From a virus, in the IMG/VR virus record IMGVR_UViG_3300023184_003849, positions 1-64,000 of that record: a DNA stretch of 64,000 bases; one strand, written 5' to 3'. Position numbers and translations under genes: made by a program. Positions 10,544 to 19,500 of the stretch are shown here, in pieces. The notes beneath the pieces are model-generated. The model was not told the origin of the DNA, made no database searches, and was given only the letters and a program-made list of their open reading frames with translations. Numbering within the stretch: position 1 is the first letter of the stretch; each line of letters opens with the position of its first letter.

Positions 10544-11497
10544 ATGAAAAAAACAATCGTTGTTACCGGATCAGGCGGCTACATTGGTGGCCAAATCATA
10601 CTACAGTTGAAAGATGCAGGACATACAGTGTATGGCATCGATCGACAGCAACCTCCCAAGCACTTGTTGGGAGTATGTGACAAATTCTTGTTTCAAGACT
10701 TTGCGTCAGATGTGGCCTTGAGTTGGATCATTGCCAAACAACCTGATGCTATCATTCACTGTGCTGGTACCAGTCTTGTGGGTCCGAGCATGAAAAATCC
10801 CAGTGACTACTACAACAACAATGTAGTCAAAACTTTGCGATTGCTGGACATTGTCAAAAACAGTCTTCCAAGAACAAGATTTATTTTTAGTTCAAGTGCC
10901 GCCACATATGGAGAACCTATCATGACTCCTTGTCAAGAAGTAGATCCTTGCGAACCTGTTAGTCCCTATGGTCAAAGCAAACTCATGGTGGAACAGATCC
11001 TAGCCAGTTACCACCGAGCATACAATTTAGACTATGTGGCATTTCGTTACTTCAACGCTTGTGGGGCTGACAGTCAAGGCAGACACGGACAGGCACCTGG
11101 TGCTACACACATCATTGCTCGTGTGCTAGAAAGCATTAGAGATCAAAAAGATTTTGTGTTGAACGGCGATGATTTCCCCACAGAAGATGGAACATGTGTG
11201 CGTGACTATGTACATGTACAAGACATTGCCGGCGCTCACATGCTGGCATTAGATCGAAAAATAGAATCTGGTGTTTACAATCTTGGTTCCAACATGGGCA
11301 CGAGCAATCGAGGCATCATTGAAGCCGCACTAGATGAAACACAACAGACATTGAATGTGGTAGTAGGCGTTAGACGTGCAGGAGACCCTGCTATATTAAC
11401 TGCCAGTGATGCAAAGTTTGCCGCTGTTGTGGGCAAGTGGCGACATCATATATTGGATGATATAATTCGTCATACATGGTCATGGTATAATAAATGA
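10544..11497 (+). CDS. galE: UDP-glucose 4-epimerase
   Basis: TGSGGYIG, FSSSAATYG, YGQSK, RYFNACGA, DGTCVRDYVHV. Confidence 0.9.
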   Translation: MKKTIVVTGSGGYIGGQIILQLKDAGHTVYGIDRQQPPKHLLGVCDKFLFQDFASDVALSWIIAKQPDAIIHCAGTSLVGPSMKNPSDYYNNNVVKTLRLLDIVKNSLPRTRFIFSSSAATYGEPIMTPCQEVDPCEPVSPYGQSKLMVEQILASYHRAYNLDYVAFRYFNACGADSQGRHGQAPGATHIIARVLESIRDQKDFVLNGDDFPTEDGTCVRDYVHVQDIAGAHMLALDRKIESGVYNLGSNMGTSNRGIIEAALDETQQTLNVVVGVRRAGDPAILTASDAKFAAVVGKWRHHILDDIIRHTWSWYNK

Positions 11498-12408
11498 AAA
11501 TTTTTGTAACTGGGTCTTCAGGATTTATTGGTAGTCATCTAACTCCACTGTTATCACAACACGAAATAATAACGTTAAAAGCAGATTTGTTAGATTTTGA
11601 TGCGGTTCGTCAAGAAGTACAAACAGCAAGTCCGGATATTATTGTACACTTGGCCGCTAGAACTGAGGTTGAAAAAAGTTTTTATGAACAAATCAGTTTT
11701 AGTCAGGTAAATTATGTTGGTACAGTCAATCTTATTGAATCAGCATGCTCATTAACGCATAAACCATATTTTGTATTTGCCAGTACCATGGAGGTGTATG
11801 GATGGCAACCAGTTAGTGACGATATACAGGCAGGAAAAATACCAGACCATATTCCTGCATTTGACGAGAATACAATACCAAATCCAAATGCACCTTATGC
11901 AGTGGCCAAACTCGCATGCGAAAAATATTTAGAGTATGCGCATAGAGCACACGGCCTTGACTTTGCAATTGTTAGACAAACCAACAGTTTTGGTCGCAAA
12001 GACAATGACTTTTTTGTAACAGAACAGATTATATCTCAAATGATCACCAATCCAACTGAGTGTAATCTTGGTTATGGTAAACCATTTAGAAATTTTATCT
12101 ACATTGATGATTTGTTAAATGCATGGATAACTGTGATCGAGAACAGAGACACATGTGCCAACAACATTTTTACTATTGGACCAGATCAGCCTATACAAAT
12201 TGTTAAACATGCAGAAAACATCGCCAATCTACTGGATTGGCACGGCACTATTGTTTGGAATACCAAACCCAAACGACATGGTGAAATATTCCTCCTAAAT
12301 AGTGATAGCAAAAAACTTACAGCACTCACAGGGTGGAAACCAAAAACAACATATCTCAGCGGCTTGCAAGTAACCATTGATTTTTGGAAACAAAAACTGA
12401 ATGTTTGA
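11494..12408 (+). CDS. NAD-dependent sugar epimerase/dehydratase
   Basis: TGSSGFIG, HLAA, STMEVYG, YAVAK. Confidence 0.88.
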   Translation: MKIFVTGSSGFIGSHLTPLLSQHEIITLKADLLDFDAVRQEVQTASPDIIVHLAARTEVEKSFYEQISFSQVNYVGTVNLIESACSLTHKPYFVFASTMEVYGWQPVSDDIQAGKIPDHIPAFDENTIPNPNAPYAVAKLACEKYLEYAHRAHGLDFAIVRQTNSFGRKDNDFFVTEQIISQMITNPTECNLGYGKPFRNFIYIDDLLNAWITVIENRDTCANNIFTIGPDQPIQIVKHAENIANLLDWHGTIVWNTKPKRHGEIFLLNSDSKKLTALTGWKPKTTYLSGLQVTIDFWKQKLNV

Positions 12409-12997
12409 TAAAATTCTAAAGTTTGAACAAGAACTGGCTGAGTTTACAGGAGCACCTTATGCTGTCATGACCGATTGCTGTACCCACGCAATCGAGTTAT
12501 GCCTGCGGTACGATGGTGTTCAAGACTGCAAGTTCACTCCGTACACATATCTAAGTATTCCCATGCTCATGCACAAGTTGAATATCAAATACGAATACCT
12601 TGATCATGAATGGCAACGTTGGGTAGGTGAATATCCATTTTTAAACACACGCATCTGGGATAGTGCTCGTAGATTAGAACGAGACATGTATCGTCCAAAT
12701 ACTATGCAGTGTTTGAGTTTTGGGCACGATAAGCCTTTACACATAGGCCACGGTGGTGCTATCATACTCGATGATAAACAGGCATATGACACAATAATTC
12801 GTATGCGGTATGATGGACGAGATCTCCATATATCACCGTGGCATGAGCAAAAAGAATTTCAAGTTGGATATCATTACAAGCCCAGCATCGAAGACGCAAT
12901 AAAAGGGCTGGCATTGTTGCAAGGAGTTAAAGAACATTGTCCTGTGCCACACTACATTGGCTACCCTGATTTAAGAATCATTACAATCAAAGACTGA
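12401..12997 (+). CDS. Short DegT/DnrJ/EryC1/StrS-family PLP protein
   Basis: FEQELAEFTG, CTHAIEL, WDSA, SFGHDKPL..GHGG; only 198 aa. Confidence 0.7.
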   Translation: MFDKILKFEQELAEFTGAPYAVMTDCCTHAIELCLRYDGVQDCKFTPYTYLSIPMLMHKLNIKYEYLDHEWQRWVGEYPFLNTRIWDSARRLERDMYRPNTMQCLSFGHDKPLHIGHGGAIILDDKQAYDTIIRMRYDGRDLHISPWHEQKEFQVGYHYKPSIEDAIKGLALLQGVKEHCPVPHYIGYPDLRIITIKD

Positions 12998-13058
12998 CAT
13001 ATTATCATCAGTAGGTATTATAACTCGGATGCAATCGCACCACTTGTAGAAAATCAAT

Positions 13059-14015
13059 ATGTTTGATATTCCTGGAATTTTTTATTTTGACCGACCGTTA
13101 GATTTGATATATGATAGTGATTGGAAATTGGATGTTGATAAAATTTGCCATCTCAAAAAACATGCATTGGTGATAGCCAATTTTGCTACCGAAAATTACG
13201 GCAATGATGGACTAGACCATGTTTATCTTGCACTAGAACATAAAAAAATTAATTTTTTATTACTTACGCATAATCCCAATCATCATCAACGTTTTGATAA
13301 AATGTTATTTTATCCGCATTATTATCATTACTCAAGGAAAAATTTTGTAATTGATAATTCACAATCATTTGATAAGACATATAAGTGGAGTTGTCTTAAC
13401 GCGACCCCACGACCACACCGAATACATAATTATTTTGTTTCTTATCATAAAAATTATTTTCAAAATGCTTGTTTCACTTTCCATGATGATGTCTATACAT
13501 CCAGACATGATGACATTGCGTTAGATGATAAGGTTACAAAATTTTGGAATGATATAAAACCATTTGTAAAATCACGGCAAATTTTAATATCTGAAGAAAA
13601 CCCCAGAATAGACACACATTGTAACCATCCGGCCTATAGTGATTCCTATATTCACTTGGTGACAGAAACCACTGTATCTCAAACAATTTTTGTCAGTGAA
13701 AAAACTTGGAAGCCTGTTGCTTCAGGACAATTATTTTTAGTGTTTGGTAATCCTGGAATAATAAGTTACCTTCGTAATCAAGGAGTAGATGTATTTGACG
13801 ATATAATTGATCACAGTTATGATTCCACGTTGGATTGGCAATTGAGATTAGATCAAATACATCAACAGTTAGAACTCTTGATTTCCCAAGATCTTAAAAA
13901 AATTTATATAAATACACATCCAAGACGTCAGGCAAATATTGAAAAATTTTTTTCAGGGTCGTTTGATCAAAAATATAATCAAATCATACAACAATGTATC
14001 AATATGCTGAACTAG
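13059..14015 (+). CDS. Hypothetical protein of the 'ET..SEKTWKP' family (glycosyltransferase-like)
   Basis: HLVTET...SEKTWKP...DHSYD motif shared with 27098, 58801, 59901; AT-rich. Confidence 0.6.
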   Translation: MFDIPGIFYFDRPLDLIYDSDWKLDVDKICHLKKHALVIANFATENYGNDGLDHVYLALEHKKINFLLLTHNPNHHQRFDKMLFYPHYYHYSRKNFVIDNSQSFDKTYKWSCLNATPRPHRIHNYFVSYHKNYFQNACFTFHDDVYTSRHDDIALDDKVTKFWNDIKPFVKSRQILISEENPRIDTHCNHPAYSDSYIHLVTETTVSQTIFVSEKTWKPVASGQLFLVFGNPGIISYLRNQGVDVFDDIIDHSYDSTLDWQLRLDQIHQQLELLISQDLKKIYINTHPRRQANIEKFFSGSFDQKYNQIIQQCINMLN

Positions 14016-15022
14016 TACATTGGTTTCAGAACCAAAATAGTAAAAAAATTCTTCCGGCACAAGTTGATATAGATTTAACCAACGTATGTAATCAAGATTG
14101 TTATTATTGCAATAGTGCAGATTTCAGAAAAGAACACCCGGTTCAAAAAAAGTACATAGAATACATTAGGTTGTTAGACAAACTTGCCAACTGGAGAGCG
14201 CATAGTCCTAACAGTTACGGAACAACTCATACTATTACCTATCCCGGCGGGGGCGAGCCTACCGTTCTACCTGGATACGAACATGTGATCGAACATACTA
14301 TCGATTTAGGCTTTCTAACCAGTATTACAACCAATGGCAGCAACTTAGACAAGTTGTTAGATAGTATAGTGGTAGAAAAACTACGCAAGATTGCCTGGAT
14401 CGGTATTGATATTGATGCTGGTACTGAGGATTTGTATGAAAAAATTCGTCGCAGTCTCACCGCAAAAAGTTTGTTTGGTCGTGTGGTTGACAATGCCAGC
14501 CACTTGATCGCTGCCGGAGTAAATGTTGATTTCAAATGCTTGATCAATCCTCTCAATGACAATCCAGATGCCATGAACGACCTATTTCGATTAGTAAAAC
14601 AAATTGGTGGTAGATCCTTGTATTTTAGACCAGTCATTGTGAACAATCGGGCACATCCTATCACTCAAGATACATTAGCAATACTAGGAAAATTTGGAGA
14701 TCAATATCAACTGCCGCACTATGTGAATATCAACAAGACCCTGCCACGCAACTATAAAAAATGCCATCAGATGTTTCACTTTCCTGTATTCTGCGCCGAC
14801 GGTAAGATTTACATCTGCTGTGAAGGTAAAGGCAATCCGCAGTTTGAATTAGGTGCCTGGGATTCTGGAGATTTTAGAGACCTGTGGCTCATTGACCGCC
14901 ACTATGAAATCTACAACAAAACCAGAGTGGAATTCTGCCAACCATGTAGGCCGAACATCAGTAATATTGCCATACAAAATATTATGGACAATCCCAAATT
15001 GATTGAAACACTGTATCTATGA
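13994..15022 (+). CDS. Radical SAM/SPASM protein
   Basis: CNQDCYYC, GGGEP, C-terminal Cys cluster. Confidence 0.88.
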   Translation: MYQYAELVHWFQNQNSKKILPAQVDIDLTNVCNQDCYYCNSADFRKEHPVQKKYIEYIRLLDKLANWRAHSPNSYGTTHTITYPGGGEPTVLPGYEHVIEHTIDLGFLTSITTNGSNLDKLLDSIVVEKLRKIAWIGIDIDAGTEDLYEKIRRSLTAKSLFGRVVDNASHLIAAGVNVDFKCLINPLNDNPDAMNDLFRLVKQIGGRSLYFRPVIVNNRAHPITQDTLAILGKFGDQYQLPHYVNINKTLPRNYKKCHQMFHFPVFCADGKIYICCEGKGNPQFELGAWDSGDFRDLWLIDRHYEIYNKTRVEFCQPCRPNISNIAIQNIMDNPKLIETLYL

Positions 15023-15672
15023 AAATTTGGATATTTGGGCAGAGTATGTGTCTGCCACACAGAATCGATGAACAACAGTCTTGGCCATACTTACTCAGTC
15101 AAAAACTCAATGCCGATTATGAAAATTTTTCACAGCATGGTGCTGACAATTTGTTTATCTATCATACCTTTTTGGAAAAATATTCAAAAATTGCCGCAGA
15201 TGATTTGATCATTGTTGGGTGGAGTCATCCCAACAGAAAATCTTTTGTGTTAGACTCTCAAAATATTGCACATCAAAACGTGTTAGATTGCAGTTTAATC
15301 TATGCAACTGGCACACAAACTTTTTTTAGGAATAACAACAATACACCAAGTACACAGTCTAAGTGGTTAACTTTACGGCCTTGCCCATCAGGAACAGAAT
15401 TTTATGACACTTGGTTTAAAAACTATTATTCAGAGCACGAACAACGGTGTAACTTTCAAAGTTACATGGACAGCGTTCAGATGCGGGCACCTGCACAGTA
15501 CATACCGTTTTACTTCAGCCAAGAGAGTGTTGTTCAAATCTCTAGACAAAATGACTATTTTATGTTAGAATTTATAATCAATAATAATTTGGCCATCAGC
15601 AAAAACGATTTACATTTAAACATAACCGGTCATCAAATGTGGGCTGATTTTTTATTCAAACAAATACAATAA
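15019..15672 (+). CDS. SGNH/GDSL hydrolase-like protein
   Basis: FGQS N-terminus; DLHLNITGH C-terminus. Confidence 0.6.
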   Translation: MKIWIFGQSMCLPHRIDEQQSWPYLLSQKLNADYENFSQHGADNLFIYHTFLEKYSKIAADDLIIVGWSHPNRKSFVLDSQNIAHQNVLDCSLIYATGTQTFFRNNNNTPSTQSKWLTLRPCPSGTEFYDTWFKNYYSEHEQRCNFQSYMDSVQMRAPAQYIPFYFSQESVVQISRQNDYFMLEFIINNNLAISKNDLHLNITGHQMWADFLFKQIQ

Positions 15673-16031
15673 TGACTCCTATATTTCCTATTATAGAATT
15701 AGTTGATAGATATGCTATTGCTCTATTAAAACACAACAAAACTCAAGCCAATTTAGAAGAAATGACTTTTTACAAAAATCAATTGAGTGATTATGATTTA
15801 ACAGAGATTGAGTTAGAATTGCAAAATCTTTACCAAATTCACAACCAAATATGGCAGTTAGAATCTGATCTTAAATCCGGAAGAGAGAATCAAGTTCCAT
15901 TAGAAGAAATAGGACGGAGAGCAATTGAGATACGTGATTGGAATCACAAACGGATTGCACTAAAAAATATTATGGCAGAAAAATTAGAGTGCAAAATTAG
16001 AGAAATCAAGCACGATCATTTAAGTCAATAA
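15672..16031 (+). CDS. Hypothetical helical protein
   Basis: ORF with ELVDR...IWQLE..N..R pattern. Confidence 0.7.
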   Translation: MTPIFPIIELVDRYAIALLKHNKTQANLEEMTFYKNQLSDYDLTEIELELQNLYQIHNQIWQLESDLKSGRENQVPLEEIGRRAIEIRDWNHKRIALKNIMAEKLECKIREIKHDHLSQ

Positions 16032-16119
16032 GATTTGTTAAAATTCTCAAGTCCGATCAAGGACTGATCAAAATTCACAATCAAAGTCACTAGTTTGATG
16101 AATAAACTTATAATATTCC

Positions 16120-16148
16120 TTGACAATCATGAGAACAGCCGTTATAAT
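16120..16148 (+). promoter_or_regulatory. Sigma70-type promoter of folE
   Basis: TTGACA-N17-TATAAT. Confidence 0.8.
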
Positions 16149-16192
16149 AGTAACAAGACTGGTCATCCTCGACCCTAACTCGGAGAACTAAA

Positions 16193-16939
16193 TTGTCAGA
16201 TAAAAAACAAACAGCAGTAGACGCCATGGCCGGAGACGGTGGCTATGGCCTAGGTAAAGTATGCGACCACCTTCGCTTTCGATTCAAACGCGACGGAAAA
16301 AGATTCTGGGCAGGAGACAACATCAGTGAGTATATCGATGATGCTACAAAACAACAACTGATTGACGAAGCCACAACAGCGTTTGAAGGTGTACTAGACG
16401 CATTATTGATTGACAGAGAAACGGATCCTAACTCCAAAGGCACCGCCCGACGTTTGGCCAAGATGTACTTCAATGAAATAATGGCAGGCAGATATGAACA
16501 GTCACCAAACGCTACGGCTTTCCCAAATGATAGAGACGGTGCATACGAAGGTATGCTGGTCGTTCGTTCAGAACTCAAGAGCATGTGTAGCCATCATCAC
16601 CAGCCTGTGTCGGGTGTGGCTTATATTGGAATTATTGCTGGTCCCAAACTCATTGGACTTAGCAAGTACACTAGAATCGCACAGTGGTGCGCCCGAAGAG
16701 GCACATTACAGGAAGAACTATGCATGGATATTGCTCGAGAGATTGGAACTGCCACTGGATCACGAGATGTCGCGGTTTATATACAGGCTACCCACGGATG
16801 TTGTGAGAATCGCGGTATTATGGCACACAGTAGTCTCACACAAACAACAGTCTTACACGGTGCATTCAAAACCGATCCAAGCGTGAAGAAAGAGTTCTTT
16901 GATAATATCAAACTTCAACAAGAATTTGCACCACGATGA
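16193..16939 (+). CDS. folE: GTP cyclohydrolase I
   Basis: SMCSHHH, GLSKY, LQEE, HGCCENRG; TTG start after GGAG. Confidence 0.95.
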   Translation: MSDKKQTAVDAMAGDGGYGLGKVCDHLRFRFKRDGKRFWAGDNISEYIDDATKQQLIDEATTAFEGVLDALLIDRETDPNSKGTARRLAKMYFNEIMAGRYEQSPNATAFPNDRDGAYEGMLVVRSELKSMCSHHHQPVSGVAYIGIIAGPKLIGLSKYTRIAQWCARRGTLQEELCMDIAREIGTATGSRDVAVYIQATHGCCENRGIMAHSSLTQTTVLHGAFKTDPSVKKEFFDNIKLQQEFAPR

Positions 16940-17049
16940 TAGTCATCGCTGATCGAACTGGCAGTATTCAACTGCCCGTAGAACCAGGTTTGTTAGAATG
17001 GTTGCAACAACACTATCCTTATTCACAATATCACCTGATTGAACTATGA
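16936..17049 (+). CDS. Small hypothetical protein (37 aa)
   Basis: MIVIADRTGS...YHLIEL; ATGA overlaps at both ends. Confidence 0.6.
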   Translation: MIVIADRTGSIQLPVEPGLLEWLQQHYPYSQYHLIEL

Positions 17050-17447
17050 AGTATGAAACATTAGAATCAGCACAGGCTGCCGGAGTGGCTCCTTGGGATT
17101 TACAAGTAGAAGGACTGTCAGACTTTCATGTCACAGTATTCCGTGATCGCTTTCCGGTCACTCCGGGTCATTTGTTGTTTGTACCCAACTACAATACCAT
17201 CGAAATGATCAATGAAGCATTTTACAGTGCTCAACTGGCCGGGGAGAGCATGGTCAATCTAGGCGAGTGTGACGCTTACAACATTGGCATCAACCAAGGC
17301 GCGGCCGCTGGTCAAACCATAATGTACCCACATATCCATCTTATTCCTCGCAAAACCGGTGATTGTGCGGATCCTATTGGTGGTGTGCGAGGTGTTATTC
17401 CCTCGCAACAGAACTACAAAACCGGTGGCTATCAACAGCCAGCATAA
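17046..17447 (+). CDS. HIT-family nucleotide hydrolase
   Basis: PVTPGHLL, AAGQTI, YPHIHLIPR. Confidence 0.9.
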   Translation: MKYETLESAQAAGVAPWDLQVEGLSDFHVTVFRDRFPVTPGHLLFVPNYNTIEMINEAFYSAQLAGESMVNLGECDAYNIGINQGAAAGQTIMYPHIHLIPRKTGDCADPIGGVRGVIPSQQNYKTGGYQQPA

Positions 17448-17458
17448 ATATTCTTTTA

Positions 17459-17521
17459 AGCGGTCTTGGCGTCATTCCCGCTCGACAAACTCTGCCGCCT
17501 ATGCTACAATTAACATAGGAG
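17459..17521 (+). ncRNA. Candidate preQ1-I-like pseudoknot riboswitch upstream of queD
   Basis: P1 AGCGG/CCGCT, loop GGCG/CGCC, SD-hiding hairpin CCTATG/CATAGG. Confidence 0.45.
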
Positions 17522-17528
17522 AAACAGC

Positions 17529-18026
17529 ATGATACCCGTAACTTACAAATATACCTCAACCAAAGAGTACCACGACGCATTTCCATGTGCCTACAGACAA
17601 TGGCGAGCCGACAGCCATTGCAATCTCATACACGGCTACAGTTTTTCAATGAAGTTTTACTTTGGCACAGATCATTTGGATGTGCGTAATTGGGCGGCTG
17701 ATTATGGTGGTCTCAAAGAACTAAAACATGTTCTGGAAGAGCAGTTTGATCATACGCTGTTGGTAGCCGAAGATGATCCTGAAATTGAACTCTATCGAGA
17801 AATGCAACGCAGGAACATTGCCAAACTAACTATATTACCCAAGTTGGGATGCGAAGGACTTGCTGACCAACTGTACCGATATGTAAATGGTGTTTACATT
17901 CCTGACTTTTGGGGTCAGGGTGAAGCAGAGCGTCTCTGGTGTTATCGTGTGGAAGTACGAGAAACTCAGAGTAACATGGCTTTTAGAGAAGGCCATAGAG
18001 AATGGAATGAAGATCTATTCGCATAA
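17529..18026 (+). CDS. queD: 6-carboxytetrahydropterin synthase
   Basis: CNLIHGY, FDHT, GCEGLA, VRET motifs. Confidence 0.9.
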   Translation: MIPVTYKYTSTKEYHDAFPCAYRQWRADSHCNLIHGYSFSMKFYFGTDHLDVRNWAADYGGLKELKHVLEEQFDHTLLVAEDDPEIELYREMQRRNIAKLTILPKLGCEGLADQLYRYVNGVYIPDFWGQGEAERLWCYRVEVRETQSNMAFREGHREWNEDLFA

Positions 18027-18041
18027 TAAAAAGGAGAAATT

Positions 18042-18665
18042 ATGTTAGGCAAACTATTTGAAGGCGTAGATAAGGTAATGATGGCCAAACTGGCTTTGTT
18101 GCATTTGGTTATTATTGTTATCTCAAACGCACTTGTTTCAATACCAGTTGAAATCTTGGGCGTTAAATTGACCTGGGCGGCTTTTGTTTACCCAATCGTT
18201 ATCTTGGCCAGTGACTTGACTGTGCGATTAATTGGCAAAGGTATTGCCAGGGCTACTATTGCGGCCGCTTACCCATTGGCCATCATTGGTAGTATAGCAG
18301 TTGTATTGCTAGAAGGTGCACCTACCAGTGTTGCTTTACGCATTGGCTTTGGTAGTGCCACAGCATACCTAATTGGTTGTTTACTTGATGTATATGTATT
18401 CCAATATGTTCGTGAAAAGTTCACACAACAATGGTGGGCCGCCCCTGCACTCAGCATGGTGGTTGCCAACTTCATTGACAGTTATGTGTTCTTTAGTATT
18501 GCTTTCTCGGGCGGTGCAGATGAATACATGGCAGCCAACTGGCCTGAAATTGCACTCAGCCAAAGCGTGTTGAAGATTGTGGTTGGGTTCATCTTGTTCT
18601 TGCCTGCATATGGCGTTTTGTTAAACTACTTGAAGAAACGTTTGGGCAACGAAGAACAAGGTTAA
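18042..18665 (+). CDS. yhhQ: Queuosine precursor (preQ0/preQ1) transporter, VUT family
   Basis: Multi-TM; ISNALV, LTWAAF.YP...ASDLTVR, DVYVF, DSYVFFSIAF. Confidence 0.88.
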   Translation: MLGKLFEGVDKVMMAKLALLHLVIIVISNALVSIPVEILGVKLTWAAFVYPIVILASDLTVRLIGKGIARATIAAAYPLAIIGSIAVVLLEGAPTSVALRIGFGSATAYLIGCLLDVYVFQYVREKFTQQWWAAPALSMVVANFIDSYVFFSIAFSGGADEYMAANWPEIALSQSVLKIVVGFILFLPAYGVLLNYLKKRLGNEEQG

Positions 18666-18675
18666 TTGTCGATCG

Positions 18676-19500
18676 ATGAGCACAGATATTTCAATTCTGT
18701 TGCCCACTCGTGGTCGGTCAGACATGCTGATGCGTAGTCTGACCAGCCTACATGATCTTGCTAGTGATTTTAGTTCAATAGAAATATTGTTTGGCATGGA
18801 CAATAATGATGCAGTGGGTCTTGACAACATGTTGTATCATGTGATACCATGGATCAAAAAACACAATATCTCACACAAGATTGTGATATTTGAACCCATG
18901 GGCTATCACAATCTACATCGTTATGTAAACGGCCTGGCTGAAAACAGTCAAGGACATTGGTTTTTTTTCTGGAACGATGATGCTATAATGAAAACTCAGG
19001 GTTGGGACACCTACATACGTGCCCGGACCGGGGAATTCAAATTACTGAGTGTGATAACACACAATGAACACCCTTACTCAATCTTTCCTATAATTCCTCG
19101 AGCATGGTTTGACACACTAGGGCATATCAGTCAACACAGTCTCAATGATGCTTGGGTCAGTTGTATTGCCTATGCTTTGGACATTTTTGAACGCTTACCT
19201 GTCTACTGTGATCATGAACGTGCCGATCTCACTGGTACCAATAACGATGCAACTTATCAGGGTAGAACTGTGTTGGAGGGCGACCGATACAATCCTCTAG
19301 ACTTTAATTACCCTGACGTGGTAGAACTAAGGATGCTGGATGCGGCCAAACTGGCCCAGTGGTTGCAGGATGTGAAAAATCAAGACATGACATTTTTTGC
19401 AGAATGCTGTGAAGGCACACGTGATCCCTGGGTCAAAATGCGGGCAAATGATCCCAATCAACAAGTTATCAGTATGACTGTGGATCGATTAAATAAATGA
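18676..19500 (+). CDS. GT-A (GT2-like) glycosyltransferase
   Basis: ISILLPTRGR; FWNDD; paralog of 21436. Confidence 0.75.
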   Translation: MSTDISILLPTRGRSDMLMRSLTSLHDLASDFSSIEILFGMDNNDAVGLDNMLYHVIPWIKKHNISHKIVIFEPMGYHNLHRYVNGLAENSQGHWFFFWNDDAIMKTQGWDTYIRARTGEFKLLSVITHNEHPYSIFPIIPRAWFDTLGHISQHSLNDAWVSCIAYALDIFERLPVYCDHERADLTGTNNDATYQGRTVLEGDRYNPLDFNYPDVVELRMLDAAKLAQWLQDVKNQDMTFFAECCEGTRDPWVKMRANDPNQQVISMTVDRLNK

